Notes: generated by a model not told the origin, from the sequence alone. DNA of 64,000 nt from Bacillota bacterium (GCA_017577485.2 PKRI02000006.1:2051-66050), one strand, 5' to 3'. Counted from the stretch's first letter, positions 1-10,440 are shown. Numbers and translations are program-made.

Positions 1-298
1 CCAGTTCGGCCAGAGCCTCCAGGTCACCGGCCAGGCGCCGGGCCTCCTCGGTCAGCCGGGCCACCTGCTCCCGCTGCTGGCGGTTTACGGCCCGGAGGTG
101 GGACAGTTCCTCCATCCGGCCGGCCATGTCGAAATAGGCGTTGATGAAGATGAGGATGCCGATCCAGAGGGAAACCAGCAGCACGGCGCCCACCTGCAGC
201 CAGGTGATGGGCAGGCGGACCGCCACCACGTCGCCGTCGGACGCGTGCGGCACCATGATGAGCGTGTAGGACCGCTGGCCACGGCGCGGCGCCGTCAC
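1..298 (-). CDS. Partial CDS (first ~99 codons, runs off the window): membrane-anchored coiled-coil protein, probably the N-terminus of an M23/LytM-family peptidase
   Basis: Not in the ORF track (no stop in window). Minus-strand reading from GTG at 296-298 gives VTAPRRGQRSYTLIMVPHASDGDVVAVRLPITWLQVGAVLLVSLWIGILIFINAYF..RMEELSHLRAVNRQQREQVARLTEEARRLAGDLEALAEL. This is a YTLxxVPH-type start, one TM helix, then a coiled coil. AGGGGTGA RBS lies 4 nt upstream. Confidence 0.45.
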   Translation of the reverse strand, partial: MTAPRRGQRSYTLIMVPHASDGDVVAVRLPITWLQVGAVLLVSLWIGILIFINAYFDMAGRMEELSHLRAVNRQQREQVARLTEEARRLAGDLEALAEL

Positions 299-457
299 CG
301 GGTCACCCCTCGCTTCCGGCCTGTCAGGCCATGGAAATGCAGGCGAGCCCCATCCGTCCTCAGATTCCAACGGCTTGTCCCCTGTTCCTCCCTGGCACGG
401 CCGCAACATCCCGCGGGGTGCAGCGGCGGGCACCCTCCCCGCCTGGGGCGCTTCCGG

Positions 458-1339
458 TCAGGAGGAACGGGACCGGCCGGCCGCCGCCAGGGCCTCGTAA
501 AGCCGCTCGAACTCGTCCTGGGAGAAGAACTGGATGACGATGCGGCCGCCGGGCCGGCCGCGGCGCACCTGGATCTCCACCGGCGTCCCCAGGGCCTGCT
601 GCAGTTCCCGGGCGGCGCCGGCCCAGTGGGGATCGACGGCCGGCTCCGTCCCGGCCGGGGTGCGCCGGCCCTCGCCCCGCCCGGACCGCGCGCCCAGGTG
701 CGCCTCCAGCGCCCGGACGGTCCAGCCCTGCTCCAGCACCCGGCGGGCCAGGCGGCGCTGTTCCGCCGCCGACGCCACCGAGAGCAGGACCTTGGCGTGG
801 CCGAAGGACAGCCGCCCGGAGTCGACCAGTGCCTGGACCTCGGGGTCCAGCGCCAGGAGCCGCAGCGTGTTGGCCACCTGGCTGCGGCTCTTGCCCACGC
901 GCTGGGCGATCTCTTCCTGGGTGAGCCCGAATTCCTCCTGCAGCGCCTGGTAGGCGTACGCCTCCTCGATGGGGGTCAGGTCCTCGCGCTGCAGGTTTTC
1001 CACCAGGGCCACTTCGGTCATGGTGCGGGGGTCAAGGTCGCGGACCAGGGCCGGCACCTCGGCCAGTCCCGCCAGGCGGGCGGCTCGCCAGCGGCGCTCG
1101 CCGGCCACCAGCACGTACCCGTCGCCGGCGGGCACCACCACCACCGGCTGGACCACCCCATGGGAGCGGATCGACGCAGCCAGTTCCTCCAGGGCTTCCT
1201 GGTCGAAATTGCGCCTGGGCTGGTGAGGGTTGGGCCGGACGGCATCGACGGGGATATTCTGCACCCGCTCGCCGCTCTGGACGGCAGGCCCCAGGATGGC
1301 CTCCAATCCTTTACCCAGCCGCTTCCTCTCCCTCGACAC
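458..1339 (-). CDS. parB: Chromosome partitioning protein ParB/Spo0J
   Basis: ORF track, 293 aa. N-terminus MSRERKRLGKGLEAILG, HTH LTQEEIAQRVGKSRSQVANTLRLL, arginine patch VLVAGERRWRAA. Lies directly downstream of soj. Confidence 0.93.
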   Translation of the reverse strand: MSRERKRLGKGLEAILGPAVQSGERVQNIPVDAVRPNPHQPRRNFDQEALEELAASIRSHGVVQPVVVVPAGDGYVLVAGERRWRAARLAGLAEVPALVRDLDPRTMTEVALVENLQREDLTPIEEAYAYQALQEEFGLTQEEIAQRVGKSRSQVANTLRLLALDPEVQALVDSGRLSFGHAKVLLSVASAAEQRRLARRVLEQGWTVRALEAHLGARSGRGEGRRTPAGTEPAVDPHWAGAARELQQALGTPVEIQVRRGRPGGRIVIQFFSQDEFERLYEALAAAGRSRSS

Positions 1340-2093
1340 GACGGATCACCTCGTGGGCCAGGTCCCGGTACACCTCGGCGCCGCGGGACCGCGGGTCGTA
1401 AAGGGAAATGGGCTTGCCGTGGCTGGGCGCCTCGCTGAGCCGCACGTTCCGGGGCACGATGGGCGCCAGCACCTTGTCACGGAAGTACCGCTTGACCTCG
1501 TCGACCACCTGCACCGACAGGTTGGTGCGGGCATCGAACATGGTCAGCACCACGCCCTCCAGTTCCAGGCGCGGGTTCAGATGGGTCTGGATCAGCCGGA
1601 TGGTGTTCATCAACTGGCCGAGCCCTTCCAGGGCGTAGTACTCGCACTGGATCGGCACCAGCACCGAGTCGGCGGCCGTCAGGGCGTTGACGGTCAGCAG
1701 CCCCAGCGAGGGCGGGCAGTCGATGAATATATAGCGGAAGCGATCCCGGACCGGGGCCAGCGCCCGGCGCAGCCGCTGCTCCCGCGACAGCGCCGACACC
1801 AGTTCGATCTCGGCGCCGGCCAGGTCGATGCCGGCGGGCAGCAACTGCAGCGTGGGGATCATGGTGGTGCGCAGGGCCCGTTCCACGGGCACCTCGTCCA
1901 CCAGCACGTCGTAGATGGTCTCGTCGCCGCTTCGGATCTCGATGCCCAGGCCGGTGGTGCTGTGGCCCTGGGGATCGATGTCCACCAGCAGCGTGCTGCG
2001 CCCCGTGGAGGCCACGGCAGCGGCCAGGTTGACGGCGGTGGTGGTCTTACCCACGCCGCCCTTCTGGTTGGCGACGGCGATCACGCGGCCCAT
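1311..2093 (-). CDS. soj: ParA-family ATPase Soj
   Basis: 260 aa. Deviant Walker A in MGRVIAVANQKGGVGKTTTAVNLAAA. Precedes parB in the classical soj-spo0J order. Confidence 0.94.
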   Translation of the reverse strand: MGRVIAVANQKGGVGKTTTAVNLAAAVASTGRSTLLVDIDPQGHSTTGLGIEIRSGDETIYDVLVDEVPVERALRTTMIPTLQLLPAGIDLAGAEIELVSALSREQRLRRALAPVRDRFRYIFIDCPPSLGLLTVNALTAADSVLVPIQCEYYALEGLGQLMNTIRLIQTHLNPRLELEGVVLTMFDARTNLSVQVVDEVKRYFRDKVLAPIVPRNVRLSEAPSHGKPISLYDPRSRGAEVYRDLAHEVIRRVEGEEAAG

Positions 2094-2106
2094 GGTCCGG
2101 CGGCCG

Positions 2107-2882
2107 TCAGGCGTCCTGCTGCTGGGCGATCTTGCCCAGGTAGAGTTCTACGACCCGGGGATTTTCCAGCAGGGCGCGGCCGGTGTCGTCCACGGCATTG
2201 CGCCCCATGTCCAGCACGTAGCCCCGGTGGGACATTTCCAGGGCCCGCCGCGCGTTCTGCTCGATCATCAGGATGGTGCACCCTTGCTCGTTGATTTCTG
2301 CGATCTTCTGAAACACGGCGTTGACCATCTGGGGTGCCAGGCCGGCCGATGGCTCGTCCAGGACCAGCAGTTTGGGCTCCAGGATCAGGGCCCGGCCCAT
2401 GGCCAGCATCTGCCGCTGCCCGCCGGAGAGGGTCCCCGCCTTGCTGCGGAGCTTGTCGCGCAGGTCGGGGAAGATGTCCAGAATGCGCTGGATGCGCTGC
2501 GGGGCGCCGGGTCCCGCCACGGCGGCGGCGATCTCCAGGTTCTCCCGCACCGTCAGGTTGGGGAACACGTTGCGCACCTGCGGAACGTAACTGAGCCCCA
2601 GCGCCACGATGGCGGAGGGCTTCAGGCCCACCAGTTCCCGGCCCTGAAAGCGGATGGAACCGCGCCGCGGCCGCAGCAGGCCCATCAGCACCTTCAGCAG
2701 GGTCGACTTGCCGGCGCCGTTGGGGCCGATGATGGACACCAGTTCGCCCTGCCGGACCGTCAGCGACACGCCCTGCAGGATGTCGACCCCCGGCACGTAG
2801 CCGGCGACGATGTCTTCCATGACCAGCATCTCGGCACCGGCGGGGGCGCCGGTGCGGGCGCCGTCCTGTTGATCCACCGCGT

Positions 2883-2886
<4 letters not shown>
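2107..2886 (-). CDS. livF: Branched-chain amino acid ABC transporter, ATP-binding protein (LivF type)
   Basis: 259 aa. Walker A GPNGAGKSTLL, signature LSGGQRQMLAMGRAL, Walker B LLVLDEPS. ATGA overlap with livG. Stop is only 13 nt upstream of the soj start. Confidence 0.88.
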
Positions 2887-3642
<756 letters not shown>

Positions 3643-3653
<11 letters not shown>

Positions 3654-4563
3654 GGCTCAGCTCCTCCTTCCGGCCGAACAGCCCCTGGGGCCGGTACATC
3701 ATGAGCACCACCAGGAAGATGCCGATGAGGATGACGCGCAGCGCGCCCACCTGCTGGCCGGTAAGACCCAGGGCCACCAGGCCGGAACTCTCCAGCGGCC
3801 TGGTCAGGCTGAACAATCCGAAGTACAGCAGCGACCCCACCATGACGCCCACGTTGCTGCCGGCGCCGCCCAGCACCATGATCATCCACCCGGTGAAGGT
3901 GGTGAGCGGCAGGAACTCCCGCGGGTTGATGTAGGCCAGCAGGTAGGCCAGCAGCACGCCCGACAGGCCGGCGATGGCCGAACCCAGGGCCAGGGACCAC
4001 AGCTTGAACACCCGGGTGTTCTTGCCCAGGGCGATGGCGGCGTCCTCGTCCTCGCGGATGGCCTTGAGCACCCGCCCCCACGGCGAGTTGGTCAGCCGCT
4101 GGAGCAGCAGGTAGACGGCGGCCAGCGTCAGCAGGCAGAGAATCATGAAGGCGACGCGCCAGCCCAGCGGTGAAAGGCCCCAGGACTCGAAGGGCAGCGG
4201 AAACCGGAAGATGCCCTGGGGCCCACGGGTCAGTTCCACCTCGTTGTTGATGATGATGCGGATCACCTCGGCGAAGCCGATGGTGGTGATGGCCAGGTAG
4301 TCCTCCCGCAGGCGGAGGGCGGGCAGGCCGATGAGCAGGCTGGCCAGGGCCGCCAGCAGCACGCCGGCGGCGATGGCGGCGATCAGCGGCCACCCGGCCA
4401 GGGACAACAGCACCGTGGTGTAGGCGCCGATGGCCATGAAGGCCACGTGGCCGAAGTTGACGATGCCGGTGTACCCGAACTGGAGGTTGAGCCCCAGCAC
4501 GAACACCGCGTACACGGCCGCCGTGGTGACCACATTGATGATGTACATCAAATAGGAACTCAC
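3643..4563 (-). CDS. livM: Branched-chain amino acid ABC transporter permease (LivM type)
   Basis: 306 aa, polytopic hydrophobic protein with LivM-like segments (GYTGIVNFGHVAFMAIGAYT). GTGA overlap with livH. Confidence 0.85.
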
Positions 4564-5432
4564 CGGTACGACGCCTCCCCGAAGAGGCCGCGCGGGAACA
4601 GGAGCAGGGCCACGATCATGGCCACGAAACCCACGGCGATCTTGTACTCCACGGGCACGCCGAAATAGACCGAAACTTCCTGGACGATGCCGATCAGAAA
4701 GCCGCCGGCGATGGCCCCATAGGGGTGGCCGATGCCGCCCAGGATGATGGCGGCGAACAGCGGCAGCAGCAGGTGCCAGCCCAGTTCAGGGTACAGCGGC
4801 CGGGTCATGCCGTACAGCACCCCACCCACAGCCGCCAGGCCCCCGCCGATGATCCAGGTCCAGGTGACCACGCGGTCCACGTCGATGCCGGAGACCCAGG
4901 CCAGGTCGGTGTTGTCGGACAGGGCCCGCATGGTCTTGCCCAGCGTGGTGTAGCGCAGCAGCGCGTGGACGGCCAGCACCAGCACCACCGACGCCACCAG
5001 GGCGAACTGCTGGTCGGCTGTCATCGTCACGGGCAGGCCCAGAAAGGGCGTGGCCCGCTGGACCGGCTGCTGGAAGTTCTGCGGCGACGGCCCGTAAAAG
5101 AACACCAGCAGGTTGCGCAGCGCCAGCGCGACGCCGATGGAGGCGACGATCAACGCCACCATGCTGGCCCGCATCTGGCGCATCTTGCGCCATACCAGCA
5201 GTTCCAGCAGGATGGCCAGGGCCGCACCTACCACGAAGGCCACGGGCAGGGCCGCTGCGGGACGCCAGCCGAGGCCCAGGTTGATGAACAGTGCCGTGTA
5301 AGCCCCCAGGGTCACGAAATCGCCGTGGGCGAAATTGGTAAGACGCAGGATGCTGTAGACCAGGGTGAGGCCGATGGCGGCCACGGCGATGATGGCTCCG
5401 ACCACGATGCCGTTGGCCACGTACTGCAGCAC
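4560..5432 (-). CDS. livH: Branched-chain amino acid ABC transporter permease (LivH type)
   Basis: ORF track 4560..5459. LQYVANGIVVGAIIAVAAIGLTLVYSILRLTNFAHGDF is LivH-like. I prefer GTG at 5430-5432 because GGAGGGGA lies 6 nt upstream; ATG at 5459 has no RBS. Confidence 0.85.
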   Translation of the reverse strand: MLQYVANGIVVGAIIAVAAIGLTLVYSILRLTNFAHGDFVTLGAYTALFINLGLGWRPAAALPVAFVVGAALAILLELLVWRKMRQMRASMVALIVASIGVALALRNLLVFFYGPSPQNFQQPVQRATPFLGLPVTMTADQQFALVASVVLVLAVHALLRYTTLGKTMRALSDNTDLAWVSGIDVDRVVTWTWIIGGGLAAVGGVLYGMTRPLYPELGWHLLLPLFAAIILGGIGHPYGAIAGGFLIGIVQEVSVYFGVPVEYKIAVGFVAMIVALLLFPRGLFGEASYR

Positions 5433-5490
5433 GGCCGGTCCCCTCCCCTCCCAGAGCATGCAGATCTGGTCCGGTGTTCAGACACAAGGC

Positions 5491-5526
5491 GGGGCGGAGG
5501 TGGCCTCGCGGGTCACGCTCCGCCCC
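5491..5526 (-). terminator. Intercistronic GC hairpin after livK (possible partial terminator or mRNA stabiliser)
   Basis: GGGGCGGAG (5491-5499) pairs with CTCCGCCCC (5518-5526). It sits in the 144-nt livK-livH spacer. On the minus strand it is followed by GCCTTGTGTCTG. Confidence 0.35.
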
Positions 5527-5603
5527 AACCCTTGCGCCCTGCGGCGCCGGGGGCCGGCCGCCGGCCGCTGCGGGTTTCGCCGGCCCCCCGTGCGGCGGGC
5601 GCC

Positions 5604-6914
5604 TTAAGGCTCGATTTCCGCGATGTCGACGATCTGCCCGTCGGCCGTCACTTCCCAGACGGCGTAGGCGGCCATCACGTCGCCGACCTCGTCGAAGTTG
5701 ACGTTGCCCGACGCGCCCTCGTAGTCGATGTCCTGACCGGCGCGGATCAGCTCGAGGGCTTCGGCCAGCGTCGAGACCTTCTGACCGGGCGGCGACGCCA
5801 CGGACATCAGTGCATCGCGGATGGCCGGGCCGGTGGCCTGGCCCGCCTTCTCGATGGCCATGGCGATCAGCAGCATCGCGTCATAGGTATGGGCGTCGAA
5901 CGGGCCTTCCGGCGGGCTGCCGTACTTGGCCTCGAACCGCTGGGCGAAGTCCGCGTAGGCCGGGCCCGTGGAGATGGGCGAGGTGCCGCGCACGCCGGCC
6001 AGCACGTAGTTGCCGCTGGCGTCCTTGCCCACCAGGTCGGGCAGTTCAGGCGTGCGGAGACCTTCGCTCAGCAGCCAGACCTGGCTGTCGAAGGCGCCCC
6101 GGGCGTAGGCCTCCTTAAGGATGGCCGATCCGGTCTCCGGGTAGCCCACCAGGATGACGACCTCAGCGCCCGAGTTGACCACCTGCTCCACTTCCGAGGA
6201 GAAGGTGGTACCCTGCGGGTCATAGAGGACGTCGGCCACGACCTCGCCGCCCTGGCTCTCGAAGACCTCGATGAAGACGTCCTTGAAGCCCTGGCCGTAG
6301 GCGTTGTTCAGGGCCAGGGTGGCCGCCTTGGTGAAGCCTTCCTGCAGGGCGTACTTGGCCATGACGGCGCCCTGCAGCGAGTCGGACGGGGCCGTGCGGA
6401 AGAACCAGTTGCCCGGGTCCTCGGTGGTAAAGGCCGGCGACGTGGCGCTGGGCGAGATCATCACGACCTGGGCCTGCTCCGCCACCGCCAGCACGGCGAA
6501 GGAGTTGCCCGAGCCGGCCGCGCCCACCAGGGCCGGCACGCCGTCGACGTTGATGACCTTGTCGGCCGCCTCGCGGGCGGCGGTTTCCTCGGTGCGGGTG
6601 TCGGCCACCACGCCTTCCAGCATGCGGCCGCCCAGCACGCCGCCGGCCTCATTCACCACGTCGATGGCCAGCAGCGCGGCGTTGATCATCGGGCCGCCAA
6701 GAAAGCCCAGGTCACCGGTGGCGGGCAGCACGATGCCGATCTTGATGGGCTCGCCAGCCGCCGGCGTTTCGGTTTCGGGCTCGGATTCGGCCGGCTGCTG
6801 GGATGCGCCGCCGGTGCTCCCCTGGGTGCCGCCCCCACCGCCGCCGCAAGCCGCCAGTGCCAGCATGGCAAAGACGGCCGCCAGCGCCGCCAGGCGGGCA
6901 AACCTGCGCTTCAT
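5604..6914 (-). CDS. livK: Branched-chain amino acid ABC transporter substrate-binding lipoprotein (LivK/LivJ family)
   Basis: ORF track 5604..7058, trimmed to ATG 6912-6914. Lipoprotein signal MKRRFARLAALAAVFAMLALAAC, Gly/Ser/Glu linker, then IKIGIVLPATGDLGFLGGPMINAALLAIDVVNEAGGV, typical of Leu/Ile/Val-binding proteins. Confidence 0.88.
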   Translation of the reverse strand: MKRRFARLAALAAVFAMLALAACGGGGGGTQGSTGGASQQPAESEPETETPAAGEPIKIGIVLPATGDLGFLGGPMINAALLAIDVVNEAGGVLGGRMLEGVVADTRTEETAAREAADKVINVDGVPALVGAAGSGNSFAVLAVAEQAQVVMISPSATSPAFTTEDPGNWFFRTAPSDSLQGAVMAKYALQEGFTKAATLALNNAYGQGFKDVFIEVFESQGGEVVADVLYDPQGTTFSSEVEQVVNSGAEVVILVGYPETGSAILKEAYARGAFDSQVWLLSEGLRTPELPDLVGKDASGNYVLAGVRGTSPISTGPAYADFAQRFEAKYGSPPEGPFDAHTYDAMLLIAMAIEKAGQATGPAIRDALMSVASPPGQKVSTLAEALELIRAGQDIDYEGASGNVNFDEVGDVMAAYAVWEVTADGQIVDIAEIEP

Positions 6915-7041
6915 CACCGTACCCCCCCTGTTGAAGAAGCGCCATAGAGATTTGACCTTTCTTCGGAAAATCCTGCACCCGGGGTACGGAAGACGTACCC
7001 ACCCACGGCTCGGGCGGCGAAATCCTCTCGGGCCCCGAAAT

Positions 7042-7057
7042 TGTTCCACGTGGAACA
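7042..7057. other. parS: parS centromere-like site (perfect palindromic TGTTCCACGTGGAACA)
   Basis: Exact match to both half-sites of the parS consensus tGTTNCACGTGAAACa. It is embedded in a perfect 20-bp palindrome ATTGTTCCACGTGGAACAAT (7040-7059) in the noc-livK spacer. Confidence 0.8.
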
Positions 7058-7076
7058 ATGCGCCCCGGCGGGGGGT

Positions 7077-7955
7077 TCACTGCCGGGGGATGCGGATCAC
7101 CACTTCGATGTGCCCGGGCTCTTCCTTCAGGTTCATGCTGGCGTCGAGCCCCGCCTTGCGCAGGGCGTCGATGCCCTGGCGGAAGGTGTTCAAGAGGATG
7201 CGGACATCTTTGATCACCGGCAGGCCCGCCCGGCGCCGGCCCCTGCGGCGGCGCCCGGCCGCAGCAGCGGCAGCCTGGTCCTGCGGCTCGCGGCCGGCGG
7301 GGGGCTCGCCCAGCCGCTCGGCCACCAGGGCTTCAGCTTCGCCGGCCGACAGGTCCCGGGCGACGATCTCCGCCAGGACTTCCAGTTGGGCCTGCACGTC
7401 GGGCAGCCGCAGCAGCGACCGCACGTGCCGCTCACCGAGGCCCGCCGCCTGAGCCTGCCGCCGCACCTCCTCGGGCAGCCGAAGCAGGCGCAGCTTGTTG
7501 GACACCGCCGCCTGGCTTCGACCCAGGGCGGCCGCCAGCTCCTCCTGTGTCAGCCCGAACTCCTCGATCACCCGGGCGTAGCCTGCCGCCTCATCCCAGA
7601 AACTCAGGTCGCTGCGCTGGAGGTTCTCGATCAATGCCGCCACGGCGGCGTCGCGGTCGTCCAGGTCCCGGATCAGGGCAGGGATCTCCCGCAGCCCCGC
7701 CGCCTGGGCGGCCCGCCACCGCCGCTCGCCCATCACCAGTTCGAAACGGTCCCCGCGGCGCCGCACCACCACCGGCTGCAGGACGCCCATCTGCCGAACC
7801 GAAGCGGCCAGGGCCTCCAGTTCCGCCTGGTCCATGGTGCGGCGCGGCTGATGGGGGCTGGGATCAATGCGCTCCACCGGAATGGACACCAGCTCGCCGC
7901 GTGCCGCCTGGCCGCCGCGGCGGCCCAGCCAGTCCAACCATCCGCCGGACGTCAT
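7077..7955 (-). CDS. noc: ParB-family nucleoid occlusion protein (Noc-like)
   Basis: ORF track 7077..8561, trimmed to ATG 7953-7955, which overlaps the rsmG stop (ATGA). MTSGGWLDWLGRR is an amphipathic N-terminus. ParB box VSIPVERIDPSPHQPRR, GERRWRAA, HTH LTQEELAAALGRSQAAVSNKLRLL. Position after rsmG matches B. subtilis. Confidence 0.85.
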   Translation of the reverse strand: MTSGGWLDWLGRRGGQAARGELVSIPVERIDPSPHQPRRTMDQAELEALAASVRQMGVLQPVVVRRRGDRFELVMGERRWRAAQAAGLREIPALIRDLDDRDAAVAALIENLQRSDLSFWDEAAGYARVIEEFGLTQEELAAALGRSQAAVSNKLRLLRLPEEVRRQAQAAGLGERHVRSLLRLPDVQAQLEVLAEIVARDLSAGEAEALVAERLGEPPAGREPQDQAAAAAAGRRRRGRRRAGLPVIKDVRILLNTFRQGIDALRKAGLDASMNLKEEPGHIEVVIRIPRQ

Positions 7956-8851
7956 GATCCCCGCCTCCTTCGCGTCGCCGCCTGCCTTCGCCGGGCACCG
8001 AGGTCGTCCTGCCCCGCCCGAAGTCCCCCCGTGGACCCCAATCCTGCCGCCTGCGCTGCTGCCCCCGGCGCCCCCGGAAGGCCGGCGCTGGGGGCCTGCC
8101 CCCTTCCCGGCGCGCCCGCCGGCCCTCCCAGCGGCCGGCGGTGCGGGATCCCCGCCCGCCGCGGGTACCGGGACGGCGTGGAGCCGGTCTTCCGCACCAC
8201 CACCAGCGACCGCGGTGCCCCGCTCCACGGCAGGCGGAAGCGGTCCACCGCTTCCACCGCGCCGCCCAGCGCCTGCAGCGCCGCTGCCGACGCCGCCACT
8301 TCCTCGTCCACGTCCCCGCCCTTGTAGGCCACCACCCGGCCGCCGGGCCGCACCAGCGGCAGCGCCAGCTCCAGCAGCACCGGCAGCGCCGCCAGCGCCC
8401 GCGCCACCGCCGCGTCGAAGCGCTCCCGGAAGTCCGGCCGGCGGCCCAGGTCCTCCGCCCGGCCCCAGACCGCGGTCACGTTGGCGATGCCCGCGGCCTG
8501 GACCGCCTCCCGCACGAACTGCACCTTCTTCTGCACCGAATCCACCACCGTCACCCGCCACGCCGGCCGAGCAGCGGCCAGCGCCACGCCGGGGAACCCA
8601 CCGCCTGTGCCCACGTCGGCCACGAGCAGTTCGGGATCCGCAAGCACGCGCAGTCCCGCCAGGGAATCCACCCCGTGCAGTTCCAGGGCGGCATCGGGCG
8701 CCACCCGGGTCAGGTTGAGCGTACGGTTGGCCTGGTAAAGCAGGTCGAGGTAGGCCACCAGCCGGGCCGCGCCGCCGGCGTCCAGCCGAACGCCCAGGGC
8801 ACCGGCGCCGGCCTGCAGCCGGGCGGCACGGTCGTCAGGGCTGGCGCGCAC
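7952..8851 (-). CDS. rsmG: 16S rRNA (guanine527-N7)-methyltransferase RsmG (GidB) with a basic low-complexity C-terminal tail
   Basis: ORF track 7952..8971. SAM motif LLVADVGTGGGFPGVALA and TAVWGRAEDL. Start is uncertain: GTG 8849-8851 gives a normal N-terminus and a 17-nt overlap with jag. About 70-90 aa of Gly/Ala/Pro/Arg-rich tail follow the domain. Confidence 0.85.
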   Translation of the reverse strand: MRASPDDRAARLQAGAGALGVRLDAGGAARLVAYLDLLYQANRTLNLTRVAPDAALELHGVDSLAGLRVLADPELLVADVGTGGGFPGVALAAARPAWRVTVVDSVQKKVQFVREAVQAAGIANVTAVWGRAEDLGRRPDFRERFDAAVARALAALPVLLELALPLVRPGGRVVAYKGGDVDEEVAASAAALQALGGAVEAVDRFRLPWSGAPRSLVVVRKTGSTPSRYPRRAGIPHRRPLGGPAGAPGRGQAPSAGLPGAPGAAAQAAGLGSTGGLRAGQDDLGARRRQAATRRRRGS

Positions 8852-9482
8852 GGTGGGTGCGGCGCGGCCCCGCCGGCCGCTGGTGCGGCACGATGACCAC
8901 GCGGCGGAAGGGTTCCTCCCCCTGGCTCTCGCTGCTGACCCCGCCCATGCGCTGCACCGCCAGGTGCACAATCCGCCGCTCGGCGGCGGTCATGGGCTCC
9001 AGGGCCACCCGCGTTCCCGTGCGCCGGGCCCGCTGGGCCGCCCGCCGCGCCAGCGACTCCAGGGCCTGAACGCGGCGCTGCCGGTAACCCTCCACGTCGA
9101 TGATGATGGGCTTCCGCTCGTCGCTGACGCGGTTGGCCGCCACGTTGACCAGGTACTGCAGGGCGTTCAGCGTGGCGCCCCGCCGGCCGATCAGCAGGCC
9201 GATGTTGTACCCCGTGACGTCCAGGTGGATGCCGTCTTCCTGCTGGCTGACCTTCACCGAAACGGGAAGGTCCAGGCAGCGAGCCACCTCTTCAATAAAT
9301 TCCCGGGCGAAGCCGGCCCGGGTCTGGCGCACGGTGACGCGGACGCGGGCGTCCCGCTGGCCGAAAAGACCGAACAGCCCGCGGGCCGGTTCCTCCAGCA
9401 CCTCCACGTCCACGTCGTTGCGCGAAACTCCCAATTGAGCCAGCGCCGCGGCCACGGCATCCTCGACCGTGGCGCCGGTCAT
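8835..9482 (-). CDS. jag: Jag/KhpB RNA-binding protein (KH + R3H domains)
   Basis: ORF track 8835..9563, trimmed to ATG 9480-9482 (after the yidC stop). MTGATVEDAVAAALAQLGV.., R3H-type C-terminus LEPMTAAERRIVHLAV. Follows yidC as in Firmicutes. Confidence 0.88.
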   Translation of the reverse strand: MTGATVEDAVAAALAQLGVSRNDVDVEVLEEPARGLFGLFGQRDARVRVTVRQTRAGFAREFIEEVARCLDLPVSVKVSQQEDGIHLDVTGYNIGLLIGRRGATLNALQYLVNVAANRVSDERKPIIIDVEGYRQRRVQALESLARRAAQRARRTGTRVALEPMTAAERRIVHLAVQRMGGVSSESQGEEPFRRVVIVPHQRPAGPRRTHRARQP

Positions 9483-9501
9483 CTCAAGAGAACGCACCAA
9501 T

Positions 9502-10134
9502 TCAACCCGCCTCTCCTTTCGCGGCGCGGCGGTCCGCCCAATCCACAAGATATCGTTCCACAATCTGGAATAGATTGCTGACCACCCAGTAGAGGGCCAG
9601 GCCGGCAGCGAACTGACGGGAAACGATCGCCAGGAACACCGGCATGCCGTACAGCATGACCCGCTGCGATGGGTCCGCGGCTGTCGACGTCATCCGCGTC
9701 ACCAGGAACGTGGTGACGCCGGTCAGGATCGGCAGCACGTACGGATCGGGGCTGGCCAGGTCGGCGATCCACAGGAACCCGGGATCGGCCCGGAAGTCGT
9801 AGGCCCGCAGCGCTGCGAAGAACGCCCACAAGATCGGCAGCTGGATCAGCACCGGCAGGCATCCGGCCAGCGGGTTCACGTTGTGCTCCCGCCACAGGGC
9901 CATGGTCTTCTCGTTGAGCTTCTGCGGATCGTTGCGGTACTTCTTCTGCAGTTTCTGGATTTCGGGCTGCAGCTGCTGCATCTTCTTCATGGCCCGCATC
10001 TGGGAACTGGTCAGCGGCAGCAGCAGCACCCGGATCATCAGCGTGAGAAGGATGATGGCGACGCCGTAATTGCCCGTGAGCCCGTGCAATTGCTCGATGA
10101 TGCCGGCCAGTACCGAGGATACGCTGCTGATCAC
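9502..10134 (-). CDS. yidC: Membrane protein insertase YidC/SpoIIIJ (short Firmicute form)
   Basis: 210 aa. GVAIILLTLMIRVLLLPLTSSQMRAMKKMQQLQPEIQKLQKKY..NPLAGCLPVLIQLPILWAFF. Confidence 0.92.
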   Translation of the reverse strand: MISSVSSVLAGIIEQLHGLTGNYGVAIILLTLMIRVLLLPLTSSQMRAMKKMQQLQPEIQKLQKKYRNDPQKLNEKTMALWREHNVNPLAGCLPVLIQLPILWAFFAALRAYDFRADPGFLWIADLASPDPYVLPILTGVTTFLVTRMTSTAADPSQRVMLYGMPVFLAIVSRQFAAGLALYWVVSNLFQIVERYLVDWADRRAAKGEAG

Positions 10135-10245
10135 ACACCGTGCCCCCTCAGGGCTTCCCGACCCGCCCAGCAGCCGCTGCAGTGCAGGGTTCCACCGCGG
10201 GTGTAGCGTTTCACCAATCTGCTCGCGATTTTCCAGCCGGCGGGG

Positions 10246-10440
10246 CTAGGGAACCGGATCGTACCCGCCGGGATGGAATGGGTGGCAGCGCGCCAGGCGG
10301 CGCACCGCCAGCCAACCTCCCCGCCAGAGGCCGTACCGTGAGATGGCCTCGATGGCGTAGGTGGAACAGGTGGGCTGAAAGCGGCACGTCGGGCCCTTCA
10401 GCGGAGACACGGCCGCCTGGTAGAAGCGAATCAGCCCCAC
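10246..10440 (-). CDS. yidD: Membrane protein insertion efficiency factor YidD
   Basis: 64 aa. [35 protein letters not shown] is the YidD signature. Confidence 0.92.
   Translation of the reverse strand: MGLIRFYQAAVSPLKGPTCRFQPTCSTYAIEAISRYGLWRGGWLAVRRLARCHPFHPGGYDPVP

Noticed and set aside
6958-6971. CodY-box-like sequence ATTTTCCGAAGAAA (minus strand) upstream of livK.
   Set aside because: It has 3-4 mismatches to AATTTTCWGAAAATT. It is plausible biologically, since CodY controls BCAA transport in Firmicutes, but too weak to call from sequence alone.
7040-7059. The 20-bp perfect palindrome read as a transcription-factor operator for the liv operon, or as a terminator for noc.
   Set aside because: There is no loop and no U-tract, so it is a poor terminator. 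The core is an exact parS consensus, which explains it fully. A secondary operator role cannot be excluded but is not needed.
7956-8561. A 200-aa in-frame N-terminal extension of noc (ORF track 494 aa). Similar 5' extensions occur on livK, dnaN, mtnA, darA, rsmI, metG, ispE, purR, glmU and hup.
   Set aside because: The extensions are low-complexity and overlap the upstream conserved gene in another frame. In the darA case the extension overlaps the 5S rRNA. They lack RBSs, whereas internal starts have GGAGG-like RBSs and/or NTGA coupling and give canonical N-termini.
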